A stretch of 64,000 nt of DNA. Source: an uncultured Methanoregulaceae archaeon. GTDB taxonomy: Archaea; Halobacteriota; Methanomicrobia; Methanomicrobiales; Methanospirillaceae. This document shows positions 8,874 to 20,145 of this stretch, in pieces. The position numbers and the translations under genes were made by a program. The stretch's first letter is position 1, and each line of letters begins with the position of its first letter. The stretch is from positions 128,001 to 192,000 of the forward strand of contig OY970061.1 in the NCBI GenBank assembly GCA_963705255.1, read 5' to 3'. The notes beneath the pieces are model-generated. The model did no database searches, was not told the origin of the DNA, and saw only the letters and a program-made list of their open reading frames with translations.

Positions 8874-9071
8874 ATGAAAATAAACAAAAACTGGGACTGG
8901 AGTCAACTGGCCATTGGTTTCTGGTCAGGAGTAGCGGTCATCAGCCTGATCAATATTGCGTTGATTGTCGTACATCACAATCAGTTTCTGTATGACGAAT
9001 ATATTTTTGGAATTTCGATTGCTGCACTAATTGTATATGTGATAGTGAGGAGCAAGTTGGCAAGGCAATAA
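8874..9071 (+). CDS. small two-TM membrane protein (65 aa)
   Basis: MKINKNWDWSQLAIGFWSGVAVISLINIALIVV..YIFGISIAALIVYVIVRSK; two hydrophobic helices. Confidence 0.65.
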   Translation: MKINKNWDWSQLAIGFWSGVAVISLINIALIVVHHNQFLYDEYIFGISIAALIVYVIVRSKLARQ

Positions 9072-9254
9072 TTCCCCCGGCCTGTATCAGCCGGAGAACA
9101 GGATCATCTTTTTCTCGGTAAAAGACTATGGGGAAAATACGAGCAATTCAGGCCGCAAAAGAGATTTAAAAGTGTCGGGATGGACAGCGGTGTATAAAAA
9201 ACCCGGGGATGGCGTTGCAGGTAAAAGGTTATCAGACAGGGCAAAGGACGTGAA

Positions 9255-9968
9255 ATGACGCTGATTGTAAAGGAAGTTCAGGCAAAAACCATTCTTTCCA
9301 AATCGAAGGTCTATCCCTACGTTGTTAATCCATACACCGGTTGCCAGCATGGCTGCTGGTACTGCTATGCACGCTTTATGAAGCGGGTGACCGGGCACCG
9401 GGAACCCTGGGGGGAATTCGTTGATGTCAAGATCAATGCCGCAGACTTACTCCGCGTGGAAATAAAAAAGAAGAGACGGGGGAGAGTCTGGGTAAGCGGA
9501 GTATGCGATCCGTACCAGCCTCTGGAGGCAAAATACCGGCTGACCCGACAATGCCTGGAAATACTGGCCCTGAATACCTGGCCTGTTATCATTCAGACAC
9601 GGTCTCCCCTGGTCCTGCGCGATATCGACATCATTAAGGATGCTCAGGATTTTGAGGTCGGTCTTTCCATAACCACGGCGGACGACAGGATCAGGAAATT
9701 ATTCGAACCCCAGGCACCCCCGATAAACGACAGGATACAGGCCCTTGATGAACTGCACAAAGCCGGTATCAGGACGTATGCCATGATCGCCCCGGTGCTC
9801 CCGGGAGCAGAAGGGCTAGCAGAACTCCTGAAAGGAAAGATTGACTATGTATTGACTGACCGGATGAACTATCACTATGCCGACTGGGTATACCGGAAAT
9901 ATGGTATGGAGGATAAGCTCACGGACGATTTCTTTGAGCGGATACGGCAGGAATTTGCCTCCCTGTGA
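9255..9968 (+). CDS. radical SAM protein, SplB/Rv2578c-like (putative DNA repair)
   Basis: NPYTGCQHGCWYCYA (CxxxCxxC), DPYQPLEAKYRLTR, QTRSPLVLRDID. Confidence 0.9.
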   Translation: MTLIVKEVQAKTILSKSKVYPYVVNPYTGCQHGCWYCYARFMKRVTGHREPWGEFVDVKINAADLLRVEIKKKRRGRVWVSGVCDPYQPLEAKYRLTRQCLEILALNTWPVIIQTRSPLVLRDIDIIKDAQDFEVGLSITTADDRIRKLFEPQAPPINDRIQALDELHKAGIRTYAMIAPVLPGAEGLAELLKGKIDYVLTDRMNYHYADWVYRKYGMEDKLTDDFFERIRQEFASL

Positions 9969-10540
9969 AAACGAATCCTGATCCACTTGTTCGCAGCGTA
10001 TATGCTCATGAAGATGTCATTCCCGGCCCGCACAGGACCGGTGCTCATCCCGCATTGACGCCAGGCCACGTCCGGCCTTGAATCGTACTGATTATTTCAG
10101 CATAAAAAATTTTCATGGACTTTGTTTCTTCATCTAAGATTTTTCAAAAAAATCCGGTAAAAAATTTCAAAAATTTTCTGTAAGGTCCGGCAAAAATATT
10201 TCCGGAAAAGCCGGTAAAAAAATTAGACATGATCTGCCAGAAACCCACCTTTCCAATCCCCCAGTCCCTCTCTATCGGAGCAGGGTTCCCCCGTCAGCCA
10301 CCTTCGGTACCCGGGGTATCGTAACCCCTTTGGGAGACTTGCATCCCCCAGCGATAATCCGGCCCCTCTACGGCCCCGGATTGCCCTTCCGGGGGGTCTA
10401 TTTCCGGCCCAGGTTGCAAATTTGGGTACATTTTAGCACAAATTTTCAGAAATCCCTGAATCCTTGAGATTCAAGCCAAACGGAGCATTTCGGTGCCGAT
10501 TGAAAAACGCTAATGTACGCTTTTGGGAGGCGAAACTCAG

Positions 10541-10680
10541 GGTCCGGAGGGGTATAGCATGGTCGAAGTGAAGGAAACCCCTGTTCTGGAGAGACCGATA
10601 TGACCGTCAGGGAATATCGGGCTGGAGAAGGCGTAGCCTTCGACTTTCTGGGTTGTTGACCGTCCGCCAGCCCCGGGCCC
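10541..10680 (+). repeat. long imperfect stem-loop carrying GA-flanked hairpin modules
   Basis: Outer arms GGGTCCGGAG/CCCCGGGCCC, GGTCGA/TTGACC and CTGGAGAG/CTTTCTGG; modules GA[CCGATAT GA[CC-GTCA-GG]GA ATATCGG] 10593-10620 and GA[GAAGGC-GTA-GCCTTC]GA 10625-10643. Confidence 0.6.
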
Positions 10681-10722
10681 CTTCAGGAATCCTTGCAAAA
10701 AATGACGGGTACTCCCTGCCGT

Positions 10723-12720
10723 TCAGAGGCAGAAGACCCAGAGGTTCCAGAAATTCACCCACCAGAGCATAGCGACGAGCGCGATGGCTATGATCGTATA
10801 ATGCAGCAGGTGCGGGAGCGTCCAGAACTTCCTCTTCCATGCAAGGGCAGTACAGATGACGGTCAGCCCGGTGAGAACCGCGCCGATGACCGGCACGGTC
10901 AGGACGGCTGTCAGGAGCACAGGTACTGCCTGGTCAAACAGGTAGGAGTGTATCAGGCCCTGGTCGGCAGTGACGGCCGGGAGCAGGACACCGGCAAACA
11001 CGAGGAGGAGAAGTGCGGCAGCTCCCGCGATCCAGCGTGCGATCCGGGCCTCGTTCGGTACCGGTGGTTCCGGGATCGCATAGGCTCTGCGGAATACAAA
11101 GAGCAGCGGCCAGAGCAGGACGGTCGCCAGCAGGATTCCGGCTGCAGTCCTGAGATTTTCCACGAATCCTGCTGTCGCATACCACGGGACGCGGTCATAG
11201 ACCAGGAACGGCATATTTCCGAGACAGAAATAGTCGACCGTGCCATCCGCTGCAGTGTGGAACACGATATCCCCGCTCGCCGGGCGGACCCCGTCGAGCC
11301 GGGAGAATACACCGGGCCGGACTTCGACTGCCTCGGCATGGCCGCTGGTGGAACTCTGGAGCGTACCATTCGGCGTCACCATAATCTCCACCTGCGGGTT
11401 CGGGGTCACGGACTTCCCGAACCTGGTATAGGTGTGCCGGTTGCTTTCATAGGTCCCGGCATACTGCTGCAACCGGGAGACATCCGATGGATTGGGTGCG
11501 GGTAAGGCTGAGGGCACCTGCGGGTAATAGTGGTTCATGAACTTCGTGAACAGTTCGTCGCGGGCTAGACTTCCTCCCGGACTGTTGTACCAGACAAAGA
11601 ACCCGGCCTGCGTATCGGGCAGGAGAATGAGAAGGGAGTGGAACGTATCCGTGTCGCCGCCGTGTCCGATCGCCCGCACGCCATTGTACTGCTGCTCGTA
11701 AAACCCGAGGCACATCCCGGAGACGCGGGGGTCGTTTGCGAACGCCCGGGCATGCATCAGGCCGGCGGCCTGTACGGAGAGAATCGTTGCATTCCCGTAC
11801 GTCCCGTTCATGAGGTGGGCGATCATGAATTTCGCCATGTCTGGCGCAGTGGAACTGATCGACCCTGCCGGGCTGGCAACAACGATGGCATCGTGGACGG
11901 GAACGTTCGCGCCATTGGCATACAGGTATCCCTCCGTGAGGTTGGATGCAAGGTCAGGCGGGAGATCTTCACGGATACTGGTCTGGTTCATCGAGAGCGG
12001 CGTTAATATGTGCGATTGCAGGTACTGGTCGAACGGCATTCCCGAGATATCCTCGACCACCACTGCCGCGAGCACCGTGCCGTAATTGGAGTACGAAGAG
12101 ACCGTTCCGGGAGGACGGACCCGGGCGGGAATATTCTCGGCGCAGTATTGCCGGAAGGGGATGAGATCGGGAATACTGTCAGCCACGGTGTGCCGTTCAT
12201 CGTCCTCGAATCCCGCCGTGTGCGTCATGAGGGAGCGCATCGTTACCGGATGTCCCGGATAGGTGTCCGGGATCTTGAAATCCTTCAGGTACGTATTGAC
12301 ATCGGCATCGAGATCGATCTTCCCCTCCCCGTTCAGCTGCATCACTGCGGTCCAGGTGAAGAGTTTTGTGACCGACCCGATGCGGAACGAGGTCGTATTC
12401 GCGTAGACCGGCGTCCTGTTTCCGATGTCATTGTAGCCATATCCTTTTGCAAAGACGATCCTGCCATCCTTCACGACTGCAACCGTTGCCCCGGGAATAT
12501 TGTACTTTGCAAGATTTGCAGGCATGACCTGGTCGAAGAACGCCGCGACCTCGGCCGGATCAGAGGGGCCGTTTCCGGGCGGTGTACCGTTCACGGAGGC
12601 CGGGACCTGGACCAGGCCGGATATGCCCGTTCCGTTCGATCCGGAATTCTGGGGAACAGAAAGGGCCGCTCCGGCGCTGACCAGAAAGCAGAGAAGAAGA
12701 ATAACACCCGGTATTTTCAT
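10723..12720 (-). CDS. secreted/membrane serine hydrolase, beta-lactamase class C family
   Basis: Signal peptide MKIPGVILLLCFLVSAGAA, SxxK (GSVTK), LMTHTAG, YSN, HGG; C-terminal TM helices; start set at ATG 12720. Confidence 0.9.
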   Translation of the reverse strand: MKIPGVILLLCFLVSAGAALSVPQNSGSNGTGISGLVQVPASVNGTPPGNGPSDPAEVAAFFDQVMPANLAKYNIPGATVAVVKDGRIVFAKGYGYNDIGNRTPVYANTTSFRIGSVTKLFTWTAVMQLNGEGKIDLDADVNTYLKDFKIPDTYPGHPVTMRSLMTHTAGFEDDERHTVADSIPDLIPFRQYCAENIPARVRPPGTVSSYSNYGTVLAAVVVEDISGMPFDQYLQSHILTPLSMNQTSIREDLPPDLASNLTEGYLYANGANVPVHDAIVVASPAGSISSTAPDMAKFMIAHLMNGTYGNATILSVQAAGLMHARAFANDPRVSGMCLGFYEQQYNGVRAIGHGGDTDTFHSLLILLPDTQAGFFVWYNSPGGSLARDELFTKFMNHYYPQVPSALPAPNPSDVSRLQQYAGTYESNRHTYTRFGKSVTPNPQVEIMVTPNGTLQSSTSGHAEAVEVRPGVFSRLDGVRPASGDIVFHTAADGTVDYFCLGNMPFLVYDRVPWYATAGFVENLRTAAGILLATVLLWPLLFVFRRAYAIPEPPVPNEARIARWIAGAAALLLLVFAGVLLPAVTADQGLIHSYLFDQAVPVLLTAVLTVPVIGAVLTGLTVICTALAWKRKFWTLPHLLHYTIIAIALVAMLWWVNFWNLWVFCL

Positions 12721-12930
12721 AGTATGGCATTCGTCTGAGATATAATAACATATTCGGGAGGTTTTACCTGGTACCGGGGTGCCGGTTATCACCCGTACAG
12801 GCACCGGCACCCGGTGTATCGTCATCAAATCCGTTCGTCATGACGTTGATTATTTATAATGAACCGATCGATCAACCACTGAGGGAAAAGCAGATCACCG
12901 AATTCCCCGAGAAACCGGAGTGAGCAAGAG

Positions 12931-13764
12931 ATGGTACCAAGGAGCGAAATTGCCCGGGCGGCAGGGATCACGACAAACCCGGTCGCTATCGTATGGACTG
13001 ACAAAAAACCCGAGAAAGCCCTTGAGTTCAGGCAAGGCGTCTGGAGCTGCGTGATGTGGCTGTTTGCGAAGGTTGCCAGAGAGGGGCGGACCGCGGTCTT
13101 CAGCCGGGACACGACCACGTGCGCCGGCGGGGCGATGGGGCTCGGGTTCGGGCGGCCGCTTGACCGGCACGCGGCCCGGAGCGAGGAGGGATTCTGCTCG
13201 TTCCTCTCGAACGGTATTGAAGGAGCGGTTGACCGGGCCGCCTACGAGGCGGCAATTGCGCAGAGCTTCGATGCCCACCACAAAAAGATGCTCACCGAAG
13301 GGGAACGCTTCTTAAAGAGCCCCGCAATTGTCCGGAAATTCCTCGCAAACCTGCCGGTATATGACGCGAAAGAGCGGTATATCGTGATGAAACCCGTCCA
13401 TGAGGTTGAGGACGGCGAAGATGTGCGGAGCATCGTGTTTGTCGCCAAGGCCGACCAGATCGCCGCCCTTTCGACGCTTGCGAACTACGGGACCGGGAAT
13501 ATCCGGGACGGGGTCATCGTCGCTGCCGGTGCTGCCGGGTGCCAGGCGATGGGCGTATGCACGTATGCCGAGGGAGAGAGCGGTGCGCCCCGCGCCGTAG
13601 TAGGCCTCACCGATCTCTCGGCACGGCGGGCAGTCCGCACGACGCTGGGCAAAGATGTCCTCACATTCTCCGTCCCCTACGGCATGTACCGTGAAATGGA
13701 ACGGAACGTACCGGGGAGTTTCCTTGAACTGGACCTCTGGAAGGAACTTCGGGATTCTGTGTAA
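12931..13764 (+). CDS. DUF169 family protein
   Basis: NPVAIVW, SCVMWL, TCAGGAMGLGFG, GAAGCQ, AVVGLTDLSARR motifs. Confidence 0.8.
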   Translation: MVPRSEIARAAGITTNPVAIVWTDKKPEKALEFRQGVWSCVMWLFAKVAREGRTAVFSRDTTTCAGGAMGLGFGRPLDRHAARSEEGFCSFLSNGIEGAVDRAAYEAAIAQSFDAHHKKMLTEGERFLKSPAIVRKFLANLPVYDAKERYIVMKPVHEVEDGEDVRSIVFVAKADQIAALSTLANYGTGNIRDGVIVAAGAAGCQAMGVCTYAEGESGAPRAVVGLTDLSARRAVRTTLGKDVLTFSVPYGMYREMERNVPGSFLELDLWKELRDSV

Positions 13765-13931
13765 AAAGTGAAGGAAGATTTTTTTTTAAAATACCCACCA
13801 ACCGATCCGGGAATTATTTTTAATTGCCGGATCCAGGCCCGTCTCTTTCCCTGTCCAGATCCGGGGCTGAACCCTACCGACCCCTTTTTAGGTATGCTCT
13901 GACCTAGTATAGATTAAAAGCCAGGCAGACT

Positions 13932-14408
13932 ATGATCCTCACCGAAGCCCAGGATATGTTCACCTTATTCTTCGCGATTTATTTTGCCATGATAATAGAT
14001 CGCTCCCATGAGATGTATAAGCCGTGGGACACCTACAATGCATGGAGAGGAAAGACTCATAATATCAGGCGTTTGCTGGCAGCATGGATTATCTTATTCG
14101 CCATACCCCTGGTGCATTTTGCGATCTTATTCACCCTTCTCGGATCCGTCGATGTCCCGTTCGATCTGACGATCGGCGGCATCTCGAATGTTGTTTTGAT
14201 CGGCTTCAGTTCATTTTTCGAGTTCGGCTATTTCAGAATCTATGAATCTTTTCTGCACCGGTATCCCGCGTCATTCTTCTCCGACGAAGACCTGGCTCAG
14301 ATAGAGGGTTCAGGCAAAATCCGCCCGGATTTCCGGGCCCATTTTATCCCCGGGGCATTGTATGTCATCCTGTCTACCCTGGCCATGGTAATTGCGATCT
14401 ATTACTGA
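13932..14408 (+). CDS. hypothetical membrane protein
   Basis: 158-aa ORF with about 4 hydrophobic segments. Confidence 0.7.
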   Translation: MILTEAQDMFTLFFAIYFAMIIDRSHEMYKPWDTYNAWRGKTHNIRRLLAAWIILFAIPLVHFAILFTLLGSVDVPFDLTIGGISNVVLIGFSSFFEFGYFRIYESFLHRYPASFFSDEDLAQIEGSGKIRPDFRAHFIPGALYVILSTLAMVIAIYY

Positions 14409-14592
14409 CGGCGACTGCTTCATCATGACCACCACTATGTATTTGAACATTGTAACCAGCCGATCCGGGAATCTCCGGGGCCACGGTTCTGGAACAGCAC
14501 CCCCGAACGCTACAGTTAATTAATAAAGACGGAACACAGCTCTAGAAGCGGACATACGCTATAGCGGTCTGGCAAACGGGAACGGTGAAGGC

Positions 14593-15562
14593 ATGGATAT
14601 CATTGAGACACAGAACCTGACGAAGACCTACGGGAACCTCACCGCTGTCGACCACCTCGACCTGAAGGTCGGGAAGGGGGAGGTATTCGGCCTGCTCGGC
14701 CCCAACGGGGCGGGAAAGTCGACGACCCTCATGATGCTGACCACCCTCATCCCGCCGACATCCGGGACGGCGCTCGTGAACGGTTATGACATCCTGCGCC
14801 AGCCCGACCAGGTCAGGAAATCCATCGGGATCGTCTTCCAGGACCCGAGTTCGGATGAGACGCTGACCGGGTACGAGAACCTGAAGCTCCACGGGCTCCT
14901 CTACGATATGGACGCCGGGCTGCGGGAGGAACGGATCGTGGAGGTACTCGCGCTCGTCGAACTTACGGACAGGAAAGACGACATGGTCAAGAAATATTCC
15001 GGAGGGATGCGGAGAAGGCTCGAGCTCGCCCGGGGCCTGATGCACCACCCCGAGATCTTATTCCTGGACGAGCCTACGCTCGGCCTCGACCCCCAGACCC
15101 GGGAGCACATCTGGGAATACGTCAGGAGACTGGCGACGGAGAAGAAGATCACCATCATCATCACCACTCACTATATGGACGAGGCCGACCGGCTCTGCGA
15201 CCGGCTCGCGATCATAGACCGCGGGAAGATCGCGGGTACTCGGTCCCCCGGATGTGCTGAAGAAAGAGCTTGGCGGTGACATCATCCGCATGAGAGCCGG
15301 AACCTTCGACATGGAATTGCTCAGGGAGCTGGACTATGTCACAAATGTCAAAACAGATGACGGGGGTATCAGCGTGACTGTCAGGGATGCCAGCCAGTAC
15401 CTGCAGGACCTCCTGGGCCGCGTAGGCAAGGTGGAAGGTGTCGAGGTCCGCCCGCTGACCCTGGAGGACGTGTTCATCCACTATACCGGCAGGGCGATCC
15501 GGGAAGGGGCCCCCGAGGGCGGCTGGGCGGAGAAAGTGATGCGGGCAGGATCGAGAAGATGA
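14593..15562 (+). CDS. ABC transporter ATP-binding protein (DrrA-like), split by a +1 indel near 15235
   Basis: GPNGAGKS, YSGGMRRR, LDEPT, TTHYMDEA; the second frame continues with LKKELGGD..TLEDVFIHYTG. Confidence 0.9.
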
Positions 15563-16329
15563 GCGATCTGAAAGGGATCTATGCCCTCTGGTACCGCGAA
15601 TTCAAGGTCTTCCAGCGGGAGAGGTCCCGGATGGTCGCATCCATCGTCAACCCGGTACTCTGGCTCCTGATCATCGGCGGAGGCCTTGGATCCGTCTTAT
15701 CCTTCGGGGGAGTGGATTACCTGAGTTTCCTGTACCCGGGAATCCTCCTCCAGTCGGTATTGTTCTCGGCGGTCTTTTTCGGCGTGTATATCGTCTGGGA
15801 TAAAAAAATCGATTTCCTGAAAGAAGTCCTGGTATCCCCGATGTCGAGGACATCCATATTCATCGGCAAGATCCTCGGGGGCTCCACGGATACGCTCCTG
15901 CAGTCAGCCATCCTGCTCGTCATCGGCTATGCCTTCACGGTGAGCGGCGTGCTGAAGGGAATCACGTTCTCCCCGCTCTCGGTCATCGTTGCATCGGTTT
16001 TTTTGTTCGTAACGACCGTCGGGCTCGTCAGCATCGGTCTTATCATCGGCTCGCAGATGGAGAGCCCCGAAGGGTTCCAGCTCATCAGCAGCTTCCTGAT
16101 ATTCCCGATGTTCTTCCTGTCCGGGGCCCTCTTTCCTATCGAGAACCTGCCTTCCTGGCTCACCCCCTTCGTGCTGGTCAACCCTGCCACCTATTCAGTG
16201 GACGGGTTGCGGGGGGTGCTCGTCGGGCTGCACCGGTTCAACCTCGGCCTCGATCTCCTCGTCATAAGCGTATTCTCCCTTGTCATGATCCTCATCGGCA
16301 CCTATGCATTCAGGAAGATGAAACTGTGA
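15559..16329 (+). CDS. ABC-2 type permease
   Basis: YLSFLYPG, FPMFFLSGALFP, NPATYSVDGLR; ATGA overlap with the ATPase. Confidence 0.92.
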   Translation: MSDLKGIYALWYREFKVFQRERSRMVASIVNPVLWLLIIGGGLGSVLSFGGVDYLSFLYPGILLQSVLFSAVFFGVYIVWDKKIDFLKEVLVSPMSRTSIFIGKILGGSTDTLLQSAILLVIGYAFTVSGVLKGITFSPLSVIVASVFLFVTTVGLVSIGLIIGSQMESPEGFQLISSFLIFPMFFLSGALFPIENLPSWLTPFVLVNPATYSVDGLRGVLVGLHRFNLGLDLLVISVFSLVMILIGTYAFRKMKL

Positions 16330-16528
16330 GGGTTTTGCTGTACCTGCGGGTCCTTGGTGCGCTGACGGTTGATCTGAAAATTTTACCGGGATGAACTCAT
16401 GGTCATCAACCCAATATGCAACAGCACCGCGGCAGGTATCCAGTGTTGATCTTTCCTGCGGGCGAACGGTGAAGGTGAACGTTGCCCGGGGGAATTACCT
16501 GATAAGCTTGCGTGGACAACCGGGAGGT

Positions 16529-16861
16529 ATGACTGAAAAATCCGGTATTCTCTACACATTTGCCCTCTTCAAGCAGCGGTACACCCGGGGAACTTCCTGG
16601 ACCCAGATCCTCCTGAACTTCGGCATCATCACCGCCAACGCCAAACTGTTCGAGGACTTCTTCCTCATCAACTTCGGGCTGACGATCCCTATGGTCATCG
16701 GCATATCGATCCCGATCTATGTCATCTTCTGCTACATCCTCGGGCATATCGATGAAAAGAGCGGATTCTGGCAGATCGAGAACGATCTCGGGTACCGGGT
16801 GACCCCGTTGTCCGATGAGATGCTCCAGGCCATACGGGAGATCAGGAAGAAACTCGACTGA
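16529..16861 (+). CDS. hypothetical membrane protein (110 aa)
   Basis: GGAGG RBS before ATG 16529; hydrophobic central helices. Confidence 0.65.
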   Translation: MTEKSGILYTFALFKQRYTRGTSWTQILLNFGIITANAKLFEDFFLINFGLTIPMVIGISIPIYVIFCYILGHIDEKSGFWQIENDLGYRVTPLSDEMLQAIREIRKKLD

Positions 16862-16992
16862 TCCGGCAATCTGCGAAAGACCAGAAGATGTCCGGTATAC
16901 GTGGTACCATCACGGGGGCAGCCGGTTATCGACTGGACCGGAACCATACAATAGTTCTTAACCGATCCTGATCATTGGGTTCATAGAGAGGA

Positions 16993-18237
16993 ATGCATAC
17001 CTGCCCACCCGCCAGGTTCTGGGGAATACTTGTCCTGTTCTGCATCATCGTACCGGCCGGGCAGTCAGTCAGTCCACTCTGGACTGTCCCGGCACCAGCG
17101 GGAGTGGATTTATCCACGGTTGCTATATCGCACGACGGGTCGACCATTGTCGCGGGAGGGGACCAGCTGATCGCGCTCTCTCCCGACGGGACGAAATTGT
17201 GGTCGGGCTGGTCGGGAACCACGCTCGACCTGAGCCAGGACGGCAGGTACATCGTTACGTCCCAGGGCCAGACCGTGCGGCTTTTCACACGGCAGGGGGT
17301 CCTGCTGTGGGACCAGCCGCTGGGAGACAGCGTGACCGGTGTTTCCATCTCGCCGGACGCGGCAATAATCGTTGCCGGCGGGGGGAACACCGTGCGGTCC
17401 TGGTACAATTCCGGTTCCGGCCTCGGGGAGAATGCGACCGAGACCGTACACGATATCAGGCTCTCCCCGGTAAAAGACCAGGTGATCGTTGCCACGGCGA
17501 AGGCGTTGCGGAGCTTCAACCTGAGTTACGTCCCGAACTGGTACGACGACACCTTCAGTCCCGGTATCGTTGAGATATCCGGCGACGGCACCGGTATCGT
17601 GATCCCGAACGGCAACCACCTGCGGATGTATCACGGCAGCGGCACCCTGCTCTGGGACCGCTCATTTCCCGGCGGGAATATCATCTCTCTCGCTTACTCA
17701 TGGGACGGATCGACGATCGTTGCCGGGCGCGACGATGCAACGGTCCTTGTCGTGGACCGGGACGGGAACCTTCTCTGGACAGGAAACGCCGGAGTCTGGG
17801 TAACGAGCGTGGGCGTATCAGATGACGGTTCCACCATCGCAACAGGAAGTATCGACAACCAGATCCACGTATTCAACCGGCAGGGCACGCTGCTCGGGAC
17901 CTCTACAACGCAAAGCCCGATCAAATCCCGTTCGGTTGCCGTGAGCGGAGACGGTTCCCTGATTGTGGCAGTCGATCTTTCAAACGTGTACGGTTTTTCA
18001 CGGTCCCAGTTTACCCTGCCGGTCGCGCCATCAGCCACGGAAGTTACGGTGAACGTCTCACCCGGGACAGCCCCCGACAACGTGACACCCGCCACCACGA
18101 TCCCGGTTGCGGGGATAGTACCATCACGCTCCGGGAAAGCATCAGTCACGGCAACCGGAACAACCTCCTCATCAGGATTCCCGTGGATTCTTACCTTCGC
18201 ATCTCTGGCACTTATCCTGGTGACACGAAAAAAATGA
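16993..18237 (+). CDS. secreted WD40/PQQ-like beta-propeller protein with C-terminal membrane anchor
   Basis: Repeated VAISxDGS and GxLLW units, signal peptide, Thr/Pro linker, SGF + TM + RKK tail resembling PGF-CTERM. Confidence 0.85.
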   Translation: MHTCPPARFWGILVLFCIIVPAGQSVSPLWTVPAPAGVDLSTVAISHDGSTIVAGGDQLIALSPDGTKLWSGWSGTTLDLSQDGRYIVTSQGQTVRLFTRQGVLLWDQPLGDSVTGVSISPDAAIIVAGGGNTVRSWYNSGSGLGENATETVHDIRLSPVKDQVIVATAKALRSFNLSYVPNWYDDTFSPGIVEISGDGTGIVIPNGNHLRMYHGSGTLLWDRSFPGGNIISLAYSWDGSTIVAGRDDATVLVVDRDGNLLWTGNAGVWVTSVGVSDDGSTIATGSIDNQIHVFNRQGTLLGTSTTQSPIKSRSVAVSGDGSLIVAVDLSNVYGFSRSQFTLPVAPSATEVTVNVSPGTAPDNVTPATTIPVAGIVPSRSGKASVTATGTTSSSGFPWILTFASLALILVTRKK

Positions 18238-18413
18238 GGTGGACCCTGTGATATTTTTTCTCACCCTGCAAGATAAAAGGGGTAAGGTGCTCCCATAGCC
18301 AGATCGCTTGGTCAACGGCAGAGCGTTGCGGTACGAGGGCTTTAAAGATCGCCCACTCCCTGCAAAGATATCCTTAAAAACTCCCCCACAAAACATCTCC
18401 CGGGTGAATCTGA

Positions 18414-18974
18414 ATGGACAAGATAACCGTCGGCCCGATGCCGTACATGAGTGTCATGCCCACCCTGCTCGTGGGCGCAAACGTGAAGGGAAAGCCGAAC
18501 TACATGACCGCCGCATGGGCCACGACAGCCTGCATGGCGCCGCCGATGGTGTGCGTGGCGATCAACCATGCACGCTACACGGCGAAGGGGATCGAGGAGA
18601 ATAATACCTTCAGCCTGAACGTGCCGTCAGCGAAGCTCGCGGTCGAGACCGACCATTGCGGTCTCGTCTCCGGTGCGCAGGAAGACAAGTCGAAGGTTTT
18701 CACATCATTCTATGGTAAACTGAAGACCGCCCCGATGGCCAAGGAGTGTCCGGTCAATATCGAGTGCACCGTATTCATGGCCGTGGACTGCGGCAGCCAT
18801 ACGCTCTACATCGGGGAGATCGCGGAGATCCATCTCGACAGGGCGTGTGCAACGGACGGGAAACCGGATATAACGAAGATCAACCCGATAATCTACGCCC
18901 AGTCTGCATATTTCTCGGTGGGGAAAGAGGTTGACAAGGCGTTCTCTGTCGGCAAAAAATATAAGAAAAAGTGA
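18414..18974 (+). CDS. flavin reductase-like (flavoredoxin) protein
   Basis: GKPNYMTAAW, FSLNVP, CGLVSG, ECPVNIEC, GSHTLYIGEI. Confidence 0.9.
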   Translation: MDKITVGPMPYMSVMPTLLVGANVKGKPNYMTAAWATTACMAPPMVCVAINHARYTAKGIEENNTFSLNVPSAKLAVETDHCGLVSGAQEDKSKVFTSFYGKLKTAPMAKECPVNIECTVFMAVDCGSHTLYIGEIAEIHLDRACATDGKPDITKINPIIYAQSAYFSVGKEVDKAFSVGKKYKKK

Positions 18975-19342
18975 GAACAGTTGTTTTGCCGGAAAAATTA
19001 TTCTTTTTTAGATCCAGGCCCGCAGTCCTGTCAGGGCTTCTCCAGGTGACGCTGCTCTCCCGTATATCTTCGGACGGACCGGGGCTCCTCTCTCCCGATA
19101 CCCGATCCCGCTCCCTGGTAGAGAAAACAGAGGCGGGGGTTTTGCGTGCATGCACTCGCATGGGGGGAATTTCCTCCTCATTCCGGAGGAGGGTCGCGGC
19201 CCCGGACCGAGAGATTCACCCGGGGCTAAGGAACGGTACCGATCGACCCCTCCCGTTTGCCCCCGTACATACCTTAAATACCCTGAAACATCCATAACCC
19301 CTTTGCAGAAGAACGATTGAGGACCGGCTGGGAGAAGAAGAG

Positions 19343-19612
19343 ATGGTGAATACAGGACAGCAGCACAGGATGAAACGATCGGTTGAGCGGCTCTTTACCG
19401 GCAGCTGCCACAGACCGCTGACCGGGCTGGAACGCGAGCTTCTCAAACGGGGATTTGTCGAGACGGGAGCAGACCAGGTGGCGGTTGCGATGGAGAACGT
19501 CCCCATGGAACTCTATCTTGAGATTGAACTGGAAGGCACCCGCTGCATCCACAGCTACCTGATCGTCTCATTCGAAGAGAAGGAAAAGAAGCGGCGGAAG
19601 TTCCGGTGGTAA
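19343..19612 (+). CDS. hypothetical protein (89 aa)
   Basis: Plausible ORF with a TATA-like CTTAAATA upstream; no family recognised. Confidence 0.55.
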   Translation: MVNTGQQHRMKRSVERLFTGSCHRPLTGLERELLKRGFVETGADQVAVAMENVPMELYLEIELEGTRCIHSYLIVSFEEKEKKRRKFRW

Positions 19613-20145
19613 GTCCGGCAGGCTGCACCTGTTCCCGTATCTGACCGGGAGCAGCTGATGAAGAATGAGCGATGGATCTGATCAAAAAGACCCGGATTCG
19701 AAAATCGCCTGCAAGTGCAGTACCGGTGAATAACCGGAAAAGATCGTGCGGAAAAATTCAAAAGTATCCCCGAAATCATCATGAAATTCCAAAAGCACAC
19801 CAACAAATAAGGGGTTCACATACGATAACCGGTACCTTCATTCCGGGTTATCCTGTCGCATTTTTATAAGATTATGCAGGAATGAAGTGCAAACCCCCTG
19901 TGCATGCAGGAAAACACCGACGGTCCGGAAAACGCTTCTGGTATATAAATTTTGTTTACTATTTTTTTATCTGAATAATAAAGAGATCTTCAGATTCTTC
20001 AGATAATACAAAATCCCCTTTGAAAAATCAGGTAAATTCCAGAAGATCAAAAGAAAACATCTATATAGTATATTTTTTGACTTTTTATAGGCAGGGTAGT
20101 CTTTTAAAATTATCCGGACAGTAGGGAAAAGGCGGAATTTTTTTT

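Noticed and set aside
10500-10690. Possible SRP RNA or RNase P RNA
   Set aside because: I could not find the SRP helix-8 motif (CAGG..GGAA..AGCAG) or the RNase P P4 motifs
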